The notes beneath the pieces are model-generated. The model did not search any database. It was given only the letters and a program-made list of their open reading frames with translations, and had not been told where the DNA came from. 31,078 bases of DNA from a virus (taxonomy: Duplodnaviria > Caudoviricetes), in the IMG/VR virus record IMGVR_UViG_3300025635_000112, positions 1 to 31,078 of that record; one strand, 5' to 3'. Position numbers and translations under genes: made by a program. Below are positions 7,771 through 16,480 of the stretch, in pieces (position 1 is the stretch's first letter; the number at the start of each line of letters is the position of its first letter).

Positions 7771-9546
7771 ATGGCATTATTTGGCGGTAGCGAAACAGAA
7801 TTAAATATTGTCGTTCGTCTCAAAGACGAGGCAACCAAAGCACTCAAGAGCGTAGAGGAAAAGTTTAGCGCTTTTGATAAACGTATGCAGGGGTCTGTGG
7901 ACGCCTCGCAAAAGTTTGCTTTAGGAATGGCAGGCGCCGGTGCAGCAGTCGGCGCTTTTGCTCTTAGTGCGGTAAAGTCTGCCGCGAGTATGGAGCAAAC
8001 ACAAATCGCTTTTGAAACCATGCTCGGCTCGGCAGAAAAAGCAAAAGAGTTTTATGCCGATTTGGTCAAGTTCGCCTCGAAGACCCCGTTTGAGTTGAAA
8101 GGTCTCGAGACTGCCTCTAAGCAACTGCTCGCTTACGGTTTCCAACAAAAGGAAATATTGCCAAACTTAAAAGCCTTGGGGGACATTGCCTCGGGTGTAG
8201 GTATGGACAAGCTGCCAAACCTTATAATGGCGTTCGGTCAAGTGAAGGCAGCTACCAAACTTACAGGTATGGAACTTAGGCAGTTTACCGAAGCTGGTGT
8301 GCCTTTACTTGATATGCTTGCTAAACAATTCGGCAAGCCGGTTTCTGCCATACAGGAAATGGTTAGCGCTGGTGAGATAGGTTTTCCGGCTGTTCAGAAA
8401 GCCATGGAAGACTTAACCGGCGAGGGTGGCAGATTTAACAACCTCATGGACAAGCAGGCTAAAAGCCTCGGTGGCATGTGGTCTAACTTAGCTGACGCAT
8501 GGGAGCAATTTTTGAGAGGACAAGGCGCGGAGTTGTTAGAGTGGGGAAAGAAACTCGTGCAAATGATGATAGATATTGTTAACAATCATTTGCCACGCTG
8601 GATTAACTTAGTGAAGGATATTATTGACTGGTTTGGAAAACACAGGGAAGCAATACTTTTAGTGGCTGGCGCTATTCTCGGTATGCTCACTCCAGCTATT
8701 TACGCAGCTCTCACGGCTTTCTATCTGTGGGCGGCTGCTATGGCACCATGGGCGCTCGGTGGCGCGGCAGTGGGGGCGTTGGTAGCAGGTATAATTTGGA
8801 TAGTAAAAAATTGGGACGACTTGAAAGCCAGACTTGAGAGTAATGAGACTATAAAAGCAGCGCTTGAGGCAATCCGTGAAGCGTTTAATTCCGTGTGGGC
8901 GGTAGTTCGCGAGCAACTATGGCCAGCAATGCAAGACTTATGGGCTACGGTTGAAAATGAATTATGGCCAGCGCTGGTTAAACTTTGGGAAGCAGTACAG
9001 CCTTTATTGCCCGGGCTCGAACTTATGGCTAAAATAGTCGGCGGTGTATTACTCGCTTCGTTTATAGTATTTGTGAGCACTCTAACTGAATTACTTAAAA
9101 TAGGTGTTTCTGTACTTACATGGATAACAGATTTTACTACCTTCATGGTTAAAGTTGCGACCGTTGCTATCCAAAGTTTTAAAGGCGAAATAGACGCACT
9201 CGTGGAAAGTTTTAAGTCCGTAGTCGACTGGATTAACAAAGCAATGAACGCATGGAATAGTTACAGGGCTTCCGGCGCCTCACTTAATCCTTTCTCCTCG
9301 AGCTTTAAATTACCGGGATTTGCGACAGGGGGTATTGTGCCTGGACCAGTTGGCACCCCAGTACCGATTATGGCTCACGGCCAAGAGCAAGTAATCCCTG
9401 CCAGTCAAGTTGGTAGCAGTACTGGCAATGTAACGGTGAACATTATAAACCCTAGTGTGCGCTCAGACGATGACATTAGGCGAATAAGACAAGAGATAGA
9501 CCGCTACTTTAGACCACTTATGATAAATAACAAAATAACCGCATAG
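7771..9546 (+). CDS. tape measure protein
   Basis: FETMLGSAEKAKEFYADLVKFASKTPFE tape-measure domain, Trp-periodic helical region, C-terminal FATGGIVPG...AHGQEQVIP. Confidence 0.92.
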   Translation: MALFGGSETELNIVVRLKDEATKALKSVEEKFSAFDKRMQGSVDASQKFALGMAGAGAAVGAFALSAVKSAASMEQTQIAFETMLGSAEKAKEFYADLVKFASKTPFELKGLETASKQLLAYGFQQKEILPNLKALGDIASGVGMDKLPNLIMAFGQVKAATKLTGMELRQFTEAGVPLLDMLAKQFGKPVSAIQEMVSAGEIGFPAVQKAMEDLTGEGGRFNNLMDKQAKSLGGMWSNLADAWEQFLRGQGAELLEWGKKLVQMMIDIVNNHLPRWINLVKDIIDWFGKHREAILLVAGAILGMLTPAIYAALTAFYLWAAAMAPWALGGAAVGALVAGIIWIVKNWDDLKARLESNETIKAALEAIREAFNSVWAVVREQLWPAMQDLWATVENELWPALVKLWEAVQPLLPGLELMAKIVGGVLLASFIVFVSTLTELLKIGVSVLTWITDFTTFMVKVATVAIQSFKGEIDALVESFKSVVDWINKAMNAWNSYRASGASLNPFSSSFKLPGFATGGIVPGPVGTPVPIMAHGQEQVIPASQVGSSTGNVTVNIINPSVRSDDDIRRIRQEIDRYFRPLMINNKITA

Positions 9547-9547
9547 C

Positions 9548-9676
9548 ATGTGGTTGCTTTGTTTTTTCGGTCTGCATGACTTTCTAATATGCAATTTAGG
9601 TTGCGGTAATTTCCACTGTACGAATTGCGGAATTAAACCTTGCGAATATGGCACTGACTCTAACAATAGGCGGTAG
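9548..9676 (+). CDS. 42-aa Cys/His-rich miniprotein, DUF1660-like (absent from ORF track)
   Basis: MWLLCFFGLHDFLICNLGCGNFHCTNCGIKPCEYGTDSNNRR. Confidence 0.5.
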   Translation: MWLLCFFGLHDFLICNLGCGNFHCTNCGIKPCEYGTDSNNRR

Positions 9677-11174
9677 TAATTTCCTACCTCAATATAAAAC
9701 CAACTCTGCCAACATTCGGGAGCAACTGCAAAATCGTGGCAATACTTTGTCGTTGCAAATTACCAAGCTACCCTCGCAGACTAAGCCAAGCGAGGGCAAG
9801 GAAATTATTTTAAAAGACGGCTCAAGGTTTTTGTTTGCCGGTTTTATTACCCGAGTCGAGCCGGTAGAGGTTGGGGAAGGGCAGCTTTTTGTCTATACGG
9901 TAGAGGCGACTGATTATACCTACGTTTTAATAAACCACAACGCGCAGAAGACTTACGAAAATAAGAGCTTGGCGTATATTGTCGATGACCTTTTTGATAC
10001 TTACATACCGCTGTACTCGTTCGACGTAACCAACGTAGACACCGGCCCCACGATTGATAAAATCGCTTTTAACCACATTAATTTGCGTAAGGCGTTAGAG
10101 AAGCTATCCCAATACACAAACTATGAGTGGTGGGTGGATTATGAGCGCAAGCTGTACTTTAAACCTAAAGACTACGTGGCAGCGCCAGAGAGCTTTACCG
10201 ACGCAAGCAACAATTTTTCGGATATAAATATCGAGGTTGATGTAACCCAAGTCCGCAACTCCGTGGTGGTTAAAGGTCTCCGTGAGGAAACAAGTACTTA
10301 TTTCCAGCAAACCATAGTCGCTGACGGCGTAGCCCGTGAGTGGCTTTTGCGTGAGAAGCCTAAGACCATGGAGTATATAAAGCTAAATACGGTTGCACAG
10401 AATGTCGGGGTAGACCCTCTCGACAATGACAACGAGGCTTCGTATGACTTCATGTTTAATTTCCAAGAAAAGTTTATACGTTGCAGCTCCGCACAAGCGA
10501 CTCCTGCCGACGGCGATGAGCTTGAGGTGAGTTATAAATACGAGGTGCCTGTAATCGTTAAATTAAAAAGCGCCCTTTCCGTAGCTGCCATGCAGGCGCT
10601 CGAGGGTGGCGACGGCTTGCACGAAATTACCATTACCGATACAAGTATTCGCTCGAAAGATGTAGCTCGCCAGAGAGCGCTTAAAGAACTGGACGAGTAC
10701 GCAAATCCGCTTATCAACGCCACAGTTACCACTCGTACAGGCTTACTGACCGCTGGCTCTTATTTCCGGCCGGGACAACAGCTCACCATAAACCTGCCAA
10801 CGTGGGGAATATCCACAGACAGCGTGTATTTAATACAGGAAGTAACAACGCAGTTATTTGAGGACGGGACGAATATAGAGTATAATTACACCATAAGATT
10901 TGGTGGTCGGCTACTGAACGCAACAGCATTTTTGGAGAGCTTGGCAAGCGAAGAAAAAGTTATCGACGCAACGGAAGAAATCGACAGAATAGAGGCACTA
11001 CAGGAAGACTTAACTATTACCGAAACTATTACCAGAGAACCGCACACAGTAAGCGTAACCGCCGACGGCATAAGCATTGCCGAGAGCATATCGAAATCAA
11101 ATACAACTCCGCCGTTTAAGTGGGGAGTAACAGGAACTAAGCCTATGAAGTGGGGCAAGTTCGAGTGGGGATAA
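9648..11174 (+). CDS. tail tip / hub (Tal-like) protein
   Basis: 508 aa directly after tape measure; FAGFITRVE, WWVDYERKLYF, VRNSVVVKG, FRPGQQLTIN hub-type motifs. Confidence 0.7.
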   Translation: MALTLTIGGSNFLPQYKTNSANIREQLQNRGNTLSLQITKLPSQTKPSEGKEIILKDGSRFLFAGFITRVEPVEVGEGQLFVYTVEATDYTYVLINHNAQKTYENKSLAYIVDDLFDTYIPLYSFDVTNVDTGPTIDKIAFNHINLRKALEKLSQYTNYEWWVDYERKLYFKPKDYVAAPESFTDASNNFSDINIEVDVTQVRNSVVVKGLREETSTYFQQTIVADGVAREWLLREKPKTMEYIKLNTVAQNVGVDPLDNDNEASYDFMFNFQEKFIRCSSAQATPADGDELEVSYKYEVPVIVKLKSALSVAAMQALEGGDGLHEITITDTSIRSKDVARQRALKELDEYANPLINATVTTRTGLLTAGSYFRPGQQLTINLPTWGISTDSVYLIQEVTTQLFEDGTNIEYNYTIRFGGRLLNATAFLESLASEEKVIDATEEIDRIEALQEDLTITETITREPHTVSVTADGISIAESISKSNTTPPFKWGVTGTKPMKWGKFEWG

Positions 11175-11189
11175 ACAAATAAAAAATAT

Positions 11190-11762
11190 ATGCAACACGT
11201 CGCAAGCCAATTTGCAATCAAAGGGATACAAACCGCCTCTATTTTTGACATGCGCTCTAAGCAAGCCATGAAGCTCGAGGAAGAAATACAACGGCACATT
11301 AGGAGTCCATGGAGTGAAACGCACCGGGGAATCTATAACCAAATGCTTGCAGAGCTCAAGCGTCTTTTTATGGTGCGCGAGCATGTCGTAGAGAATCTGA
11401 TTGTTACCGTCGGCCGTTCGGTTATTGCACAGCGCCTCGCCAACACCACGACTTATACGGGGATTATTAACTACGGCGCGCTCGGCTCGGGCTCCACTGC
11501 CGTATCGAATGGACAGACCCAACTTGCTACCGAGGTATTTCGTAAAGTCGTAGCCAGTGCCAGCTACAGCACCAATATTGCGTTTATAGACTTCTTTTAT
11601 TCCAAGGCTGATACAAACGGCACATACAACGAGTTTGGCACGTTTATTGACGGCACAGGCTCCGCAAACTCGGGTCAAATGTTTACCCGTGTCCTTACTG
11701 GTGGTTGGGTAAAAACTTCCAGCGAATCCATGACCGTTGCCTGCCAGTACACCGTAAGCTAA
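11190..11762 (+). CDS. tail-collar-fibre-like virion protein, paralog of 1-327
   Basis: NLIVTVGR...YGALGSGSTAVSNGQTQLATEVFRK...NEFGTF...GQMFTR...KTSSESMTVACQYTV. Confidence 0.6.
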   Translation: MQHVASQFAIKGIQTASIFDMRSKQAMKLEEEIQRHIRSPWSETHRGIYNQMLAELKRLFMVREHVVENLIVTVGRSVIAQRLANTTTYTGIINYGALGSGSTAVSNGQTQLATEVFRKVVASASYSTNIAFIDFFYSKADTNGTYNEFGTFIDGTGSANSGQMFTRVLTGGWVKTSSESMTVACQYTVS

Positions 11763-11765
11763 TTT

Positions 11766-12044
11766 ATGGCAAAACAAACCGTAAAAATATCATTAGAGTT
11801 TGAATACAACCCGGACGAGCATAACGGTATGCCGTTGCGGAACTTTCTGTATCACTACCTAAACCGGCTCAATAACGAACTACCAATTACGGAAATACAA
11901 TACAAGGGGCAAATCCGTAAGTTCGCAGCAGAGGAACCGCTAACCGATTTACCACTCAAAGAGGTTGATAGCATTAACGAAAAAGACCGGCCTAAAAAAC
12001 CGGACATGAGCAATGTTACGAAATTACCAGAGTTTAAGAAATAA
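11766..12044 (+). CDS. hypothetical protein in tail module
   Basis: 92-aa ORF tightly packed between tail genes. Confidence 0.6.
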   Translation: MAKQTVKISLEFEYNPDEHNGMPLRNFLYHYLNRLNNELPITEIQYKGQIRKFAAEEPLTDLPLKEVDSINEKDRPKKPDMSNVTKLPEFKK

Positions 12045-12053
12045 CGTAATCCT

Positions 12054-12845
12054 ATGGCAGAAGATACAGGGCTAGCGTCGGCAAATGTTTCGGCAGGAGA
12101 CGACGGACTCGCTTCACAATACAACAATCTACGCACTGATATAAAAATACTCCGCCAGCTTACGCTAACGGCCGGTGCTACGATTGACGGCACGCCTACA
12201 CCAAAGCCGGTGTATTTAAAGGACAGCGATAATAAAGTCTACCAGTGCGACGGTAACGATATTAATACAGTTAAGTTTATAGGTTTTGCTATTACTGACA
12301 GTACCGATACTAACCCTATTATTGTCCAGCACCACGGCGTTTGCGGTGGTTTTTCCAGTTTGGATATTGGCAAGTATTACTACGTGGACGACTCCGGCGC
12401 ATTAGCGACCACAGCAGGCACATACAAGGTCTTGGTTGGTCTCGCAGTTAGCGCTACCGAAATCTTAATCATGCGTGAGCCTATAGTCATTAGAGCGCAG
12501 GGTGCAACTTCCGGTAACTCAAGCACTACACAAAATATTGCTCATGGTATGGGCGTTACTCCAAACAGAGTAAGAATTACCGCATTTAAGGGTGGCTCTA
12601 GTTTTAACTTCGGTGGCTCCGTAGGTGTTTATAACGGCTCGGCTACTGCTACCGTTACGATAAACGACAATAACTCAGGAGCTTCGGCTAGTGTAGATAC
12701 AACAAATATCATAAATATTAATACCGATACTGGTACAGACAATACGGCTACGGCATCATTTGACGCTACTAACATTACCTTAACTTGGGCTTCTTCCAGC
12801 AACAGCGCGATAGCTTTCTTATGGGAAGCCGAAGCGATTATTTAA
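12054..12845 (+). CDS. tail fibre / receptor-binding protein
   Basis: Anchor ASQYNNLRTD, beta-clip-like middle (FIGFAI...GKYYYV...VGLAVSATEILI), C-terminal IAHGMGVTP beta domain. Confidence 0.6.
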   Translation: MAEDTGLASANVSAGDDGLASQYNNLRTDIKILRQLTLTAGATIDGTPTPKPVYLKDSDNKVYQCDGNDINTVKFIGFAITDSTDTNPIIVQHHGVCGGFSSLDIGKYYYVDDSGALATTAGTYKVLVGLAVSATEILIMREPIVIRAQGATSGNSSTTQNIAHGMGVTPNRVRITAFKGGSSFNFGGSVGVYNGSATATVTINDNNSGASASVDTTNIININTDTGTDNTATASFDATNITLTWASSSNSAIAFLWEAEAII

Positions 12846-12866
12846 TCATTAACAAAAATAAAAAGC

Positions 12867-13346
12867 ATGGAAGGACTACTCGCATTTTTAGCCGGTACAG
12901 GAGCTCTTATCGCAGGGCTCGGCTACTTCATGGGGCAATATAGAAAAGGCAGAGCAGACGGCAAAAAGGATACGATAGATATTTCCAAGGACACCATGGC
13001 ATTGCTCACCTCACAGGTTGAGGCGCTACAGAGAATCGCCGAGGAAAGCAAAAAAGAAATCCAACGACTAAGCCACGAGGTAGTAAGGCTACAAACACAG
13101 TTAGACGAGAAGGATAAAAAGCTAAAAGAGTACTTGGATATTTTGCAGGGCAGAGACCCCGAGCTGAAAACTTTTATAAAAAACCTAAGCGATGTTGCTA
13201 CGCAGTCCGGGGAGTACATGAAGACCAGTAGCGAGACGCTTTCTCGCTTAGAGAAGTTTGTGGAGAAGGTGGAGCCTTTTATGGAGGCAATGACTAGCAG
13301 AGTAGAGCACTTAATCCCGAGCACAGCAGAACCGATGAGAGGGTAG
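12867..13346 (+). CDS. membrane-anchored coiled-coil protein, putative lysis accessory
   Basis: N-terminal hydrophobic helix then long heptad region; first gene after tail module. Confidence 0.5.
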   Translation: MEGLLAFLAGTGALIAGLGYFMGQYRKGRADGKKDTIDISKDTMALLTSQVEALQRIAEESKKEIQRLSHEVVRLQTQLDEKDKKLKEYLDILQGRDPELKTFIKNLSDVATQSGEYMKTSSETLSRLEKFVEKVEPFMEAMTSRVEHLIPSTAEPMRG

Positions 13347-13348
13347 CA

Positions 13349-13357
13349 TGTTATAAT
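13349..13357 (+). promoter_or_regulatory. extended -10 promoter for HNH gene
   Basis: TGTTATAAT 28 nt before ATG 13377. Confidence 0.55.
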
Positions 13358-13376
13358 AAGGTATAACAACAAAACT

Positions 13377-13712
13377 ATGAGCGAAGTTACACTTTATAGC
13401 ACGGGGAAAAAGAGAGAGGTTAGAGAAAAGTTATTTAACGAGCAAGAGGGTTTGTGTGGTTATTGCTTTACCGAGTGTTTTCCACCAAACAAGCAGTCAT
13501 ATAATGGCGACGAAAAGCACCGAAGTTTTGTACTAGACCATAAAATCCCTGTAGCCAGAGGAGGTACAAACTTTTTGAGCAATATTATCGGTACTTGCTG
13601 GCTGTGCAATGCAAAGAAAAGGAGAATGACAGACGAGGAGTTTTTCCAGCTAATGTATATGGGTAGTACTAATTTTGATACCAGTACTAAAAATGAGACG
13701 TACCAGTACTAA
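13377..13712 (+). CDS. HNH endonuclease
   Basis: CGYC...LDHKIPVARGGTNFLSNIIGTCWLCNAKK canonical HNH motif. Confidence 0.9.
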   Translation: MSEVTLYSTGKKREVREKLFNEQEGLCGYCFTECFPPNKQSYNGDEKHRSFVLDHKIPVARGGTNFLSNIIGTCWLCNAKKRRMTDEEFFQLMYMGSTNFDTSTKNETYQY

Positions 13713-13745
13713 AAATGATACGACCGGGCATACTAAAAATGACAC
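13665..13745 (+). repeat. four 17-bp iteron-like direct repeats
   Basis: AGTACTAATTTTGATAC (13665), AGTACTAAAAATGAGAC (13683), AGTACTAAAAATGATAC (13705), CATACTAAAAATGACAC (13729). Confidence 0.85.
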
Positions 13746-13810
13746 CCTAACTAATATCATAGTAACTAGTCTTAATAACTACTCTTAGATGTTCAAGTTT
13801 TTAACAAGAC

Positions 13811-13841
13811 TTTTCCACAAGTTATACACATTTGGGGATAA
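13811..13841. promoter_or_regulatory. three DnaA-box-like 9-mers at 11-bp pitch
   Basis: TTTTCCACA (13811), TTATACACA (13822), TGGGGATAA (13833, reverse TTATCCCCA). Confidence 0.65.
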
Positions 13842-13860
13842 AGTCGGAAAGGAAAAAACT

Positions 13861-14850
13861 ATGGGAATAGATGACTACGGAAAAGGCCTCGAGGGAGAGC
13901 ACCCACGAGACCGAGACCCAAAACGTTTTCAACTTTTGGGTGCCAATGTTATCGAGCTGGCCGGAGTGCCAACGGTGGACTTTAATATGCCGTCTGGCAT
14001 ACCAGCACCACCGGACGAAGACCAAGGCTCAAGCCTTAGTTGTACATGGCAGGCGTTCGCTTATTATTTCTGGCAATGGACTGGCATACAGCTTTCGCGC
14101 AGAGACGGGTATAGCCGTACCCACTTGCCCGGTGGCGGTGGCTATCTAGCCGACCCGTTCAGAATGATGTTAGAGGGCAAGGGTGAGGGGGCTTTTGATA
14201 GGACTCAAAGTCAAGACCCAAATCCGCAGACCGAGCAGAACATGACGGTTGTGGTAAACCTTCCCGGCCAACAGCGTAAGGTATTTAAACTTCGCTACTG
14301 GAATGTACCGTATAACAACATTGAGGCTTGCGCTTTGGCAATGAGGACATGGAAAGGCCTTGTGATTGGCGTTAACGGTAATAATACCGATTGGGCTAAC
14401 GGTGAGCACCCTAACGTCCCGAAGCCCGGCACGGTAAAGTGGGCTCACGCGCTCTATTGCCATGAAAACGGTTTTGACCGGGGCCAGGAGGCGCTTATCG
14501 CTAAGTCTAGTTGGTGTAATTGGGTTAAGAGACATTTTATTATTAAGGACTACTTTACTAGCGGCAATGTATTTTCGCCGATAGCTATGGAAGTCCGAGA
14601 GGTACCGCTTATGGACGATACTTTAATCGTAAACATTCGAGGCGCTTATGGCCTGCTACGCATTTCCGACGGCCGAGTGCTCGGAGGCGTGTTAGTGGCT
14701 AATAAGGAAGAAGCCTTGAGTGCAGAAAAAATATTTGAAAAAAAGTTGTATAACGACGACGGGACATTAAAACCGGCTGACATTGTTTACTTCCCGGCAG
14801 GCGCTACGGCGCTCGGTGAGTTCGGTGGCCAAGACGGAGAAATAGCATAA
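13861..14850 (+). CDS. papain-like (C1-type) cysteine peptidase, candidate endolysin
   Basis: DQGSSLSCTWQA (oxyanion Gln and Cys), WAHALY (His), AKSSW; next to holin-like gene. Start moved to AAAAACTATG at 13861. Confidence 0.7.
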   Translation: MGIDDYGKGLEGEHPRDRDPKRFQLLGANVIELAGVPTVDFNMPSGIPAPPDEDQGSSLSCTWQAFAYYFWQWTGIQLSRRDGYSRTHLPGGGGYLADPFRMMLEGKGEGAFDRTQSQDPNPQTEQNMTVVVNLPGQQRKVFKLRYWNVPYNNIEACALAMRTWKGLVIGVNGNNTDWANGEHPNVPKPGTVKWAHALYCHENGFDRGQEALIAKSSWCNWVKRHFIIKDYFTSGNVFSPIAMEVREVPLMDDTLIVNIRGAYGLLRISDGRVLGGVLVANKEEALSAEKIFEKKLYNDDGTLKPADIVYFPAGATALGEFGGQDGEIA

Positions 14851-14854
14851 ATCC

Positions 14855-15154
14855 ATGCTAGACGTAAACGTATTACTTACCATGTGTGTCGGGCTTGCAA
14901 GTGCAGGTCTGGTGCAGTTGGCTAAGTATGTAAAATCAATTCCTATAAGCGAAACACAGCGAGGCCGAATCCGTTTTGCTGCCGCAGCCTTGTCTTTCGT
15001 GGGGGTGTTAGTTACTCGCTACTTAAACGGTACGATAGACGACGAGCAGTTTTTGGGGTTAGTCGCCGAAAGCGCTCTCGGCTATTTCTTCTCGTACCTT
15101 GGCTACCAGTCATTACTTAAACCGAAGGAAAAGCCAAGCGAGGAAAATCAGTAA
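14855..15154 (+). CDS. putative holin
   Basis: 99 aa, three hydrophobic segments, charged C-terminus, between cell-wall enzyme candidates. Confidence 0.6.
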   Translation: MLDVNVLLTMCVGLASAGLVQLAKYVKSIPISETQRGRIRFAAAALSFVGVLVTRYLNGTIDDEQFLGLVAESALGYFFSYLGYQSLLKPKEKPSEENQ

Positions 15155-15177
15155 TTTAAAAATCTATCTTACGTCCA

Positions 15178-15687
15178 TTGCTCGCGATAACTTTGGCGGT
15201 CGCAATTCTGTATACACCTCACCAGTTGAATGACGCGACCGTAGAAGTGCTGGCAAACTTAGAAGCGAAGCCGTTTACCGGACCGATATACCTCGGTCCG
15301 GTAAAACCCCTAGAGAAACCTAAGCCAGCCCAACGAGCGACGGGAGTGAAACCCAAAACGTTACTTGACACCGCTAAGTCTTTGCAAGGGCAATACGGTG
15401 GTGAGTGCGTGGTTTTCGTCCGGCGCTTACTTGGGGCGCACCCAGACTTTCATGGATACGCTGGCAACATTGTGCCGAACGCTACCGAGCCTCAAATCGG
15501 TTATGCAGTTCTTACTACCGAGCACGGTATCGCTCATGCACAAGTTATCGTAGACATTAGAGATGAGTATTTAATTATTGCGGATAGTAATTACAGCAAG
15601 CACAGGGACAGAATCGTAAGAGTTGGCCGCGAGCTCTCCATTGCAGACCAACGAATACGCGGATACTTCAACTTTAAAATCCAGTAA
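15178..15687 (+). CDS. CHAP-domain amidase/peptidase with N-terminal signal or anchor
   Basis: GECVVFVRR (Cys), PQIGYAVL, AHAQVIV (His), IIADSNY. TTG start uncertain. Confidence 0.75.
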   Translation: MLAITLAVAILYTPHQLNDATVEVLANLEAKPFTGPIYLGPVKPLEKPKPAQRATGVKPKTLLDTAKSLQGQYGGECVVFVRRLLGAHPDFHGYAGNIVPNATEPQIGYAVLTTEHGIAHAQVIVDIRDEYLIIADSNYSKHRDRIVRVGRELSIADQRIRGYFNFKIQ

Positions 15688-15805
15688 TCGCACCGTGGAA
15701 GTTTTGCTCATAGTTTACCTTCCATGCAAAAAGCGGAAACTGGAAAGGTGGCCGCCGGTTGAGGTGTCCTCGTATCCGCTTGTCGTTTTCACAAGGAGGC
15801 ACAAC

Positions 15806-15976
15806 ATGAGAGGGGTTAGTCATTTAACTCGAGCAATGAGGTTACAACTTTTATGGCTAAAGAAAACCGGGAGACTACCGCGCAAGCAAGCAATCACTCT
15901 GACGCTCAACGTGTACGCTACAGCGTGGCTACCGCCGGAGAGCAAGAGTGGTGCGAAACCGAAGGCGAGCAATTAA
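15806..15976 (+). CDS. 56-aa basic small protein
   Basis: AAGGAGG at 15793-15799, 6 nt before ATG; MRGVSHLTRAMRLQLLWLKK... Confidence 0.5.
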   Translation: MRGVSHLTRAMRLQLLWLKKTGRLPRKQAITLTLNVYATAWLPPESKSGAKPKASN

Positions 15977-16024
15977 AACTGCTCTACAACCGAGACCTTA
16001 CGTGCGTCGGAGGCGCACAACACC

Positions 16025-16174
16025 ATGACACCTTGCAACGAATCCACGAAGCAGAACGCAGGCGGCGGTACGTCCCCTAACGCACCTCTGCCTAAAATCT
16101 CTTGTTCTTCTTGCCGTATGCAACAGAACAATCGCGGCCAGAAGAAGTGTATCCATTGTGGAGCAATGCTATGA
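16025..16174 (+). CDS. 49-aa zinc-ribbon miniprotein
   Basis: CSSC-x11-CIHCG; GGAGG at 16009-16013; ATGA overlap with next ORF. Confidence 0.5.
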   Translation: MTPCNESTKQNAGGGTSPNAPLPKISCSSCRMQQNNRGQKKCIHCGAML

Positions 16175-16266
16175 AGAATAAATTAGTCCAACTGCTCTGC
16201 TTGATTTTGACCGGCGCACACTATCTGTTACGCCGAGGCGCAAAACGCTTTAGCTGTATTCAGTAG
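16171..16266 (+). CDS. 31-aa small protein
   Basis: MKNKLVQLLCLILTGAHYLLRRGAKRFSCIQ; coupled by ATGA overlap. Confidence 0.4.
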   Translation: MKNKLVQLLCLILTGAHYLLRRGAKRFSCIQ

Positions 16267-16275
16267 GAGGCGCAC

Positions 16276-16383
16276 ATGGCACTCATTGACTCCAACGCGG
16301 ACATTGCAAAGAAAATCGCATACCGTGTGGCCGCTGTAGTCGCCTTCGGTCTGTACATTTATTTCTTTATCTACAAACCGTAG
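16276..16383 (+). CDS. 35-aa single-pass membrane peptide
   Basis: AGGAGG 5 nt before ATG; MALIDSNADIAKKIAYRVAAVVAFGLYIYFFIYKP. Confidence 0.6.
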   Translation: MALIDSNADIAKKIAYRVAAVVAFGLYIYFFIYKP

Positions 16384-16397
16384 AAAGGAGGTAAGCC

Positions 16398-16427
16398 ATG
16401 AACAACAACCAATGCAACTGCAATTAG
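16398..16427 (+). CDS. 9-aa peptide MNNNQCNCN
   Basis: AAAGGAGGT at 16384-16392, 5 nt before ATG. Confidence 0.4.
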   Translation: MNNNQCNCN

Positions 16428-16480
16428 CTTGACCCGCCAGAACCCCACCAAAAACCCTACCAATGGCACCCCTATGCCAG

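Noticed and set aside
13665-13745. CRISPR mini-array
   Set aside because: Repeats are 17 bp with only 1-7 nt between them; no spacers or cas genes. The PD-(D/E)xK nuclease sits in a recombination module.
13789-13860. ORF-track start of the peptidase
   Set aside because: Extension is translated DnaA-box sequence; AAAAACTATG at 13861 matches the genome start motif.
15731-15781. Hammerhead ribozyme
   Set aside because: Three-way junction lacks the CUGANGA core on either strand.
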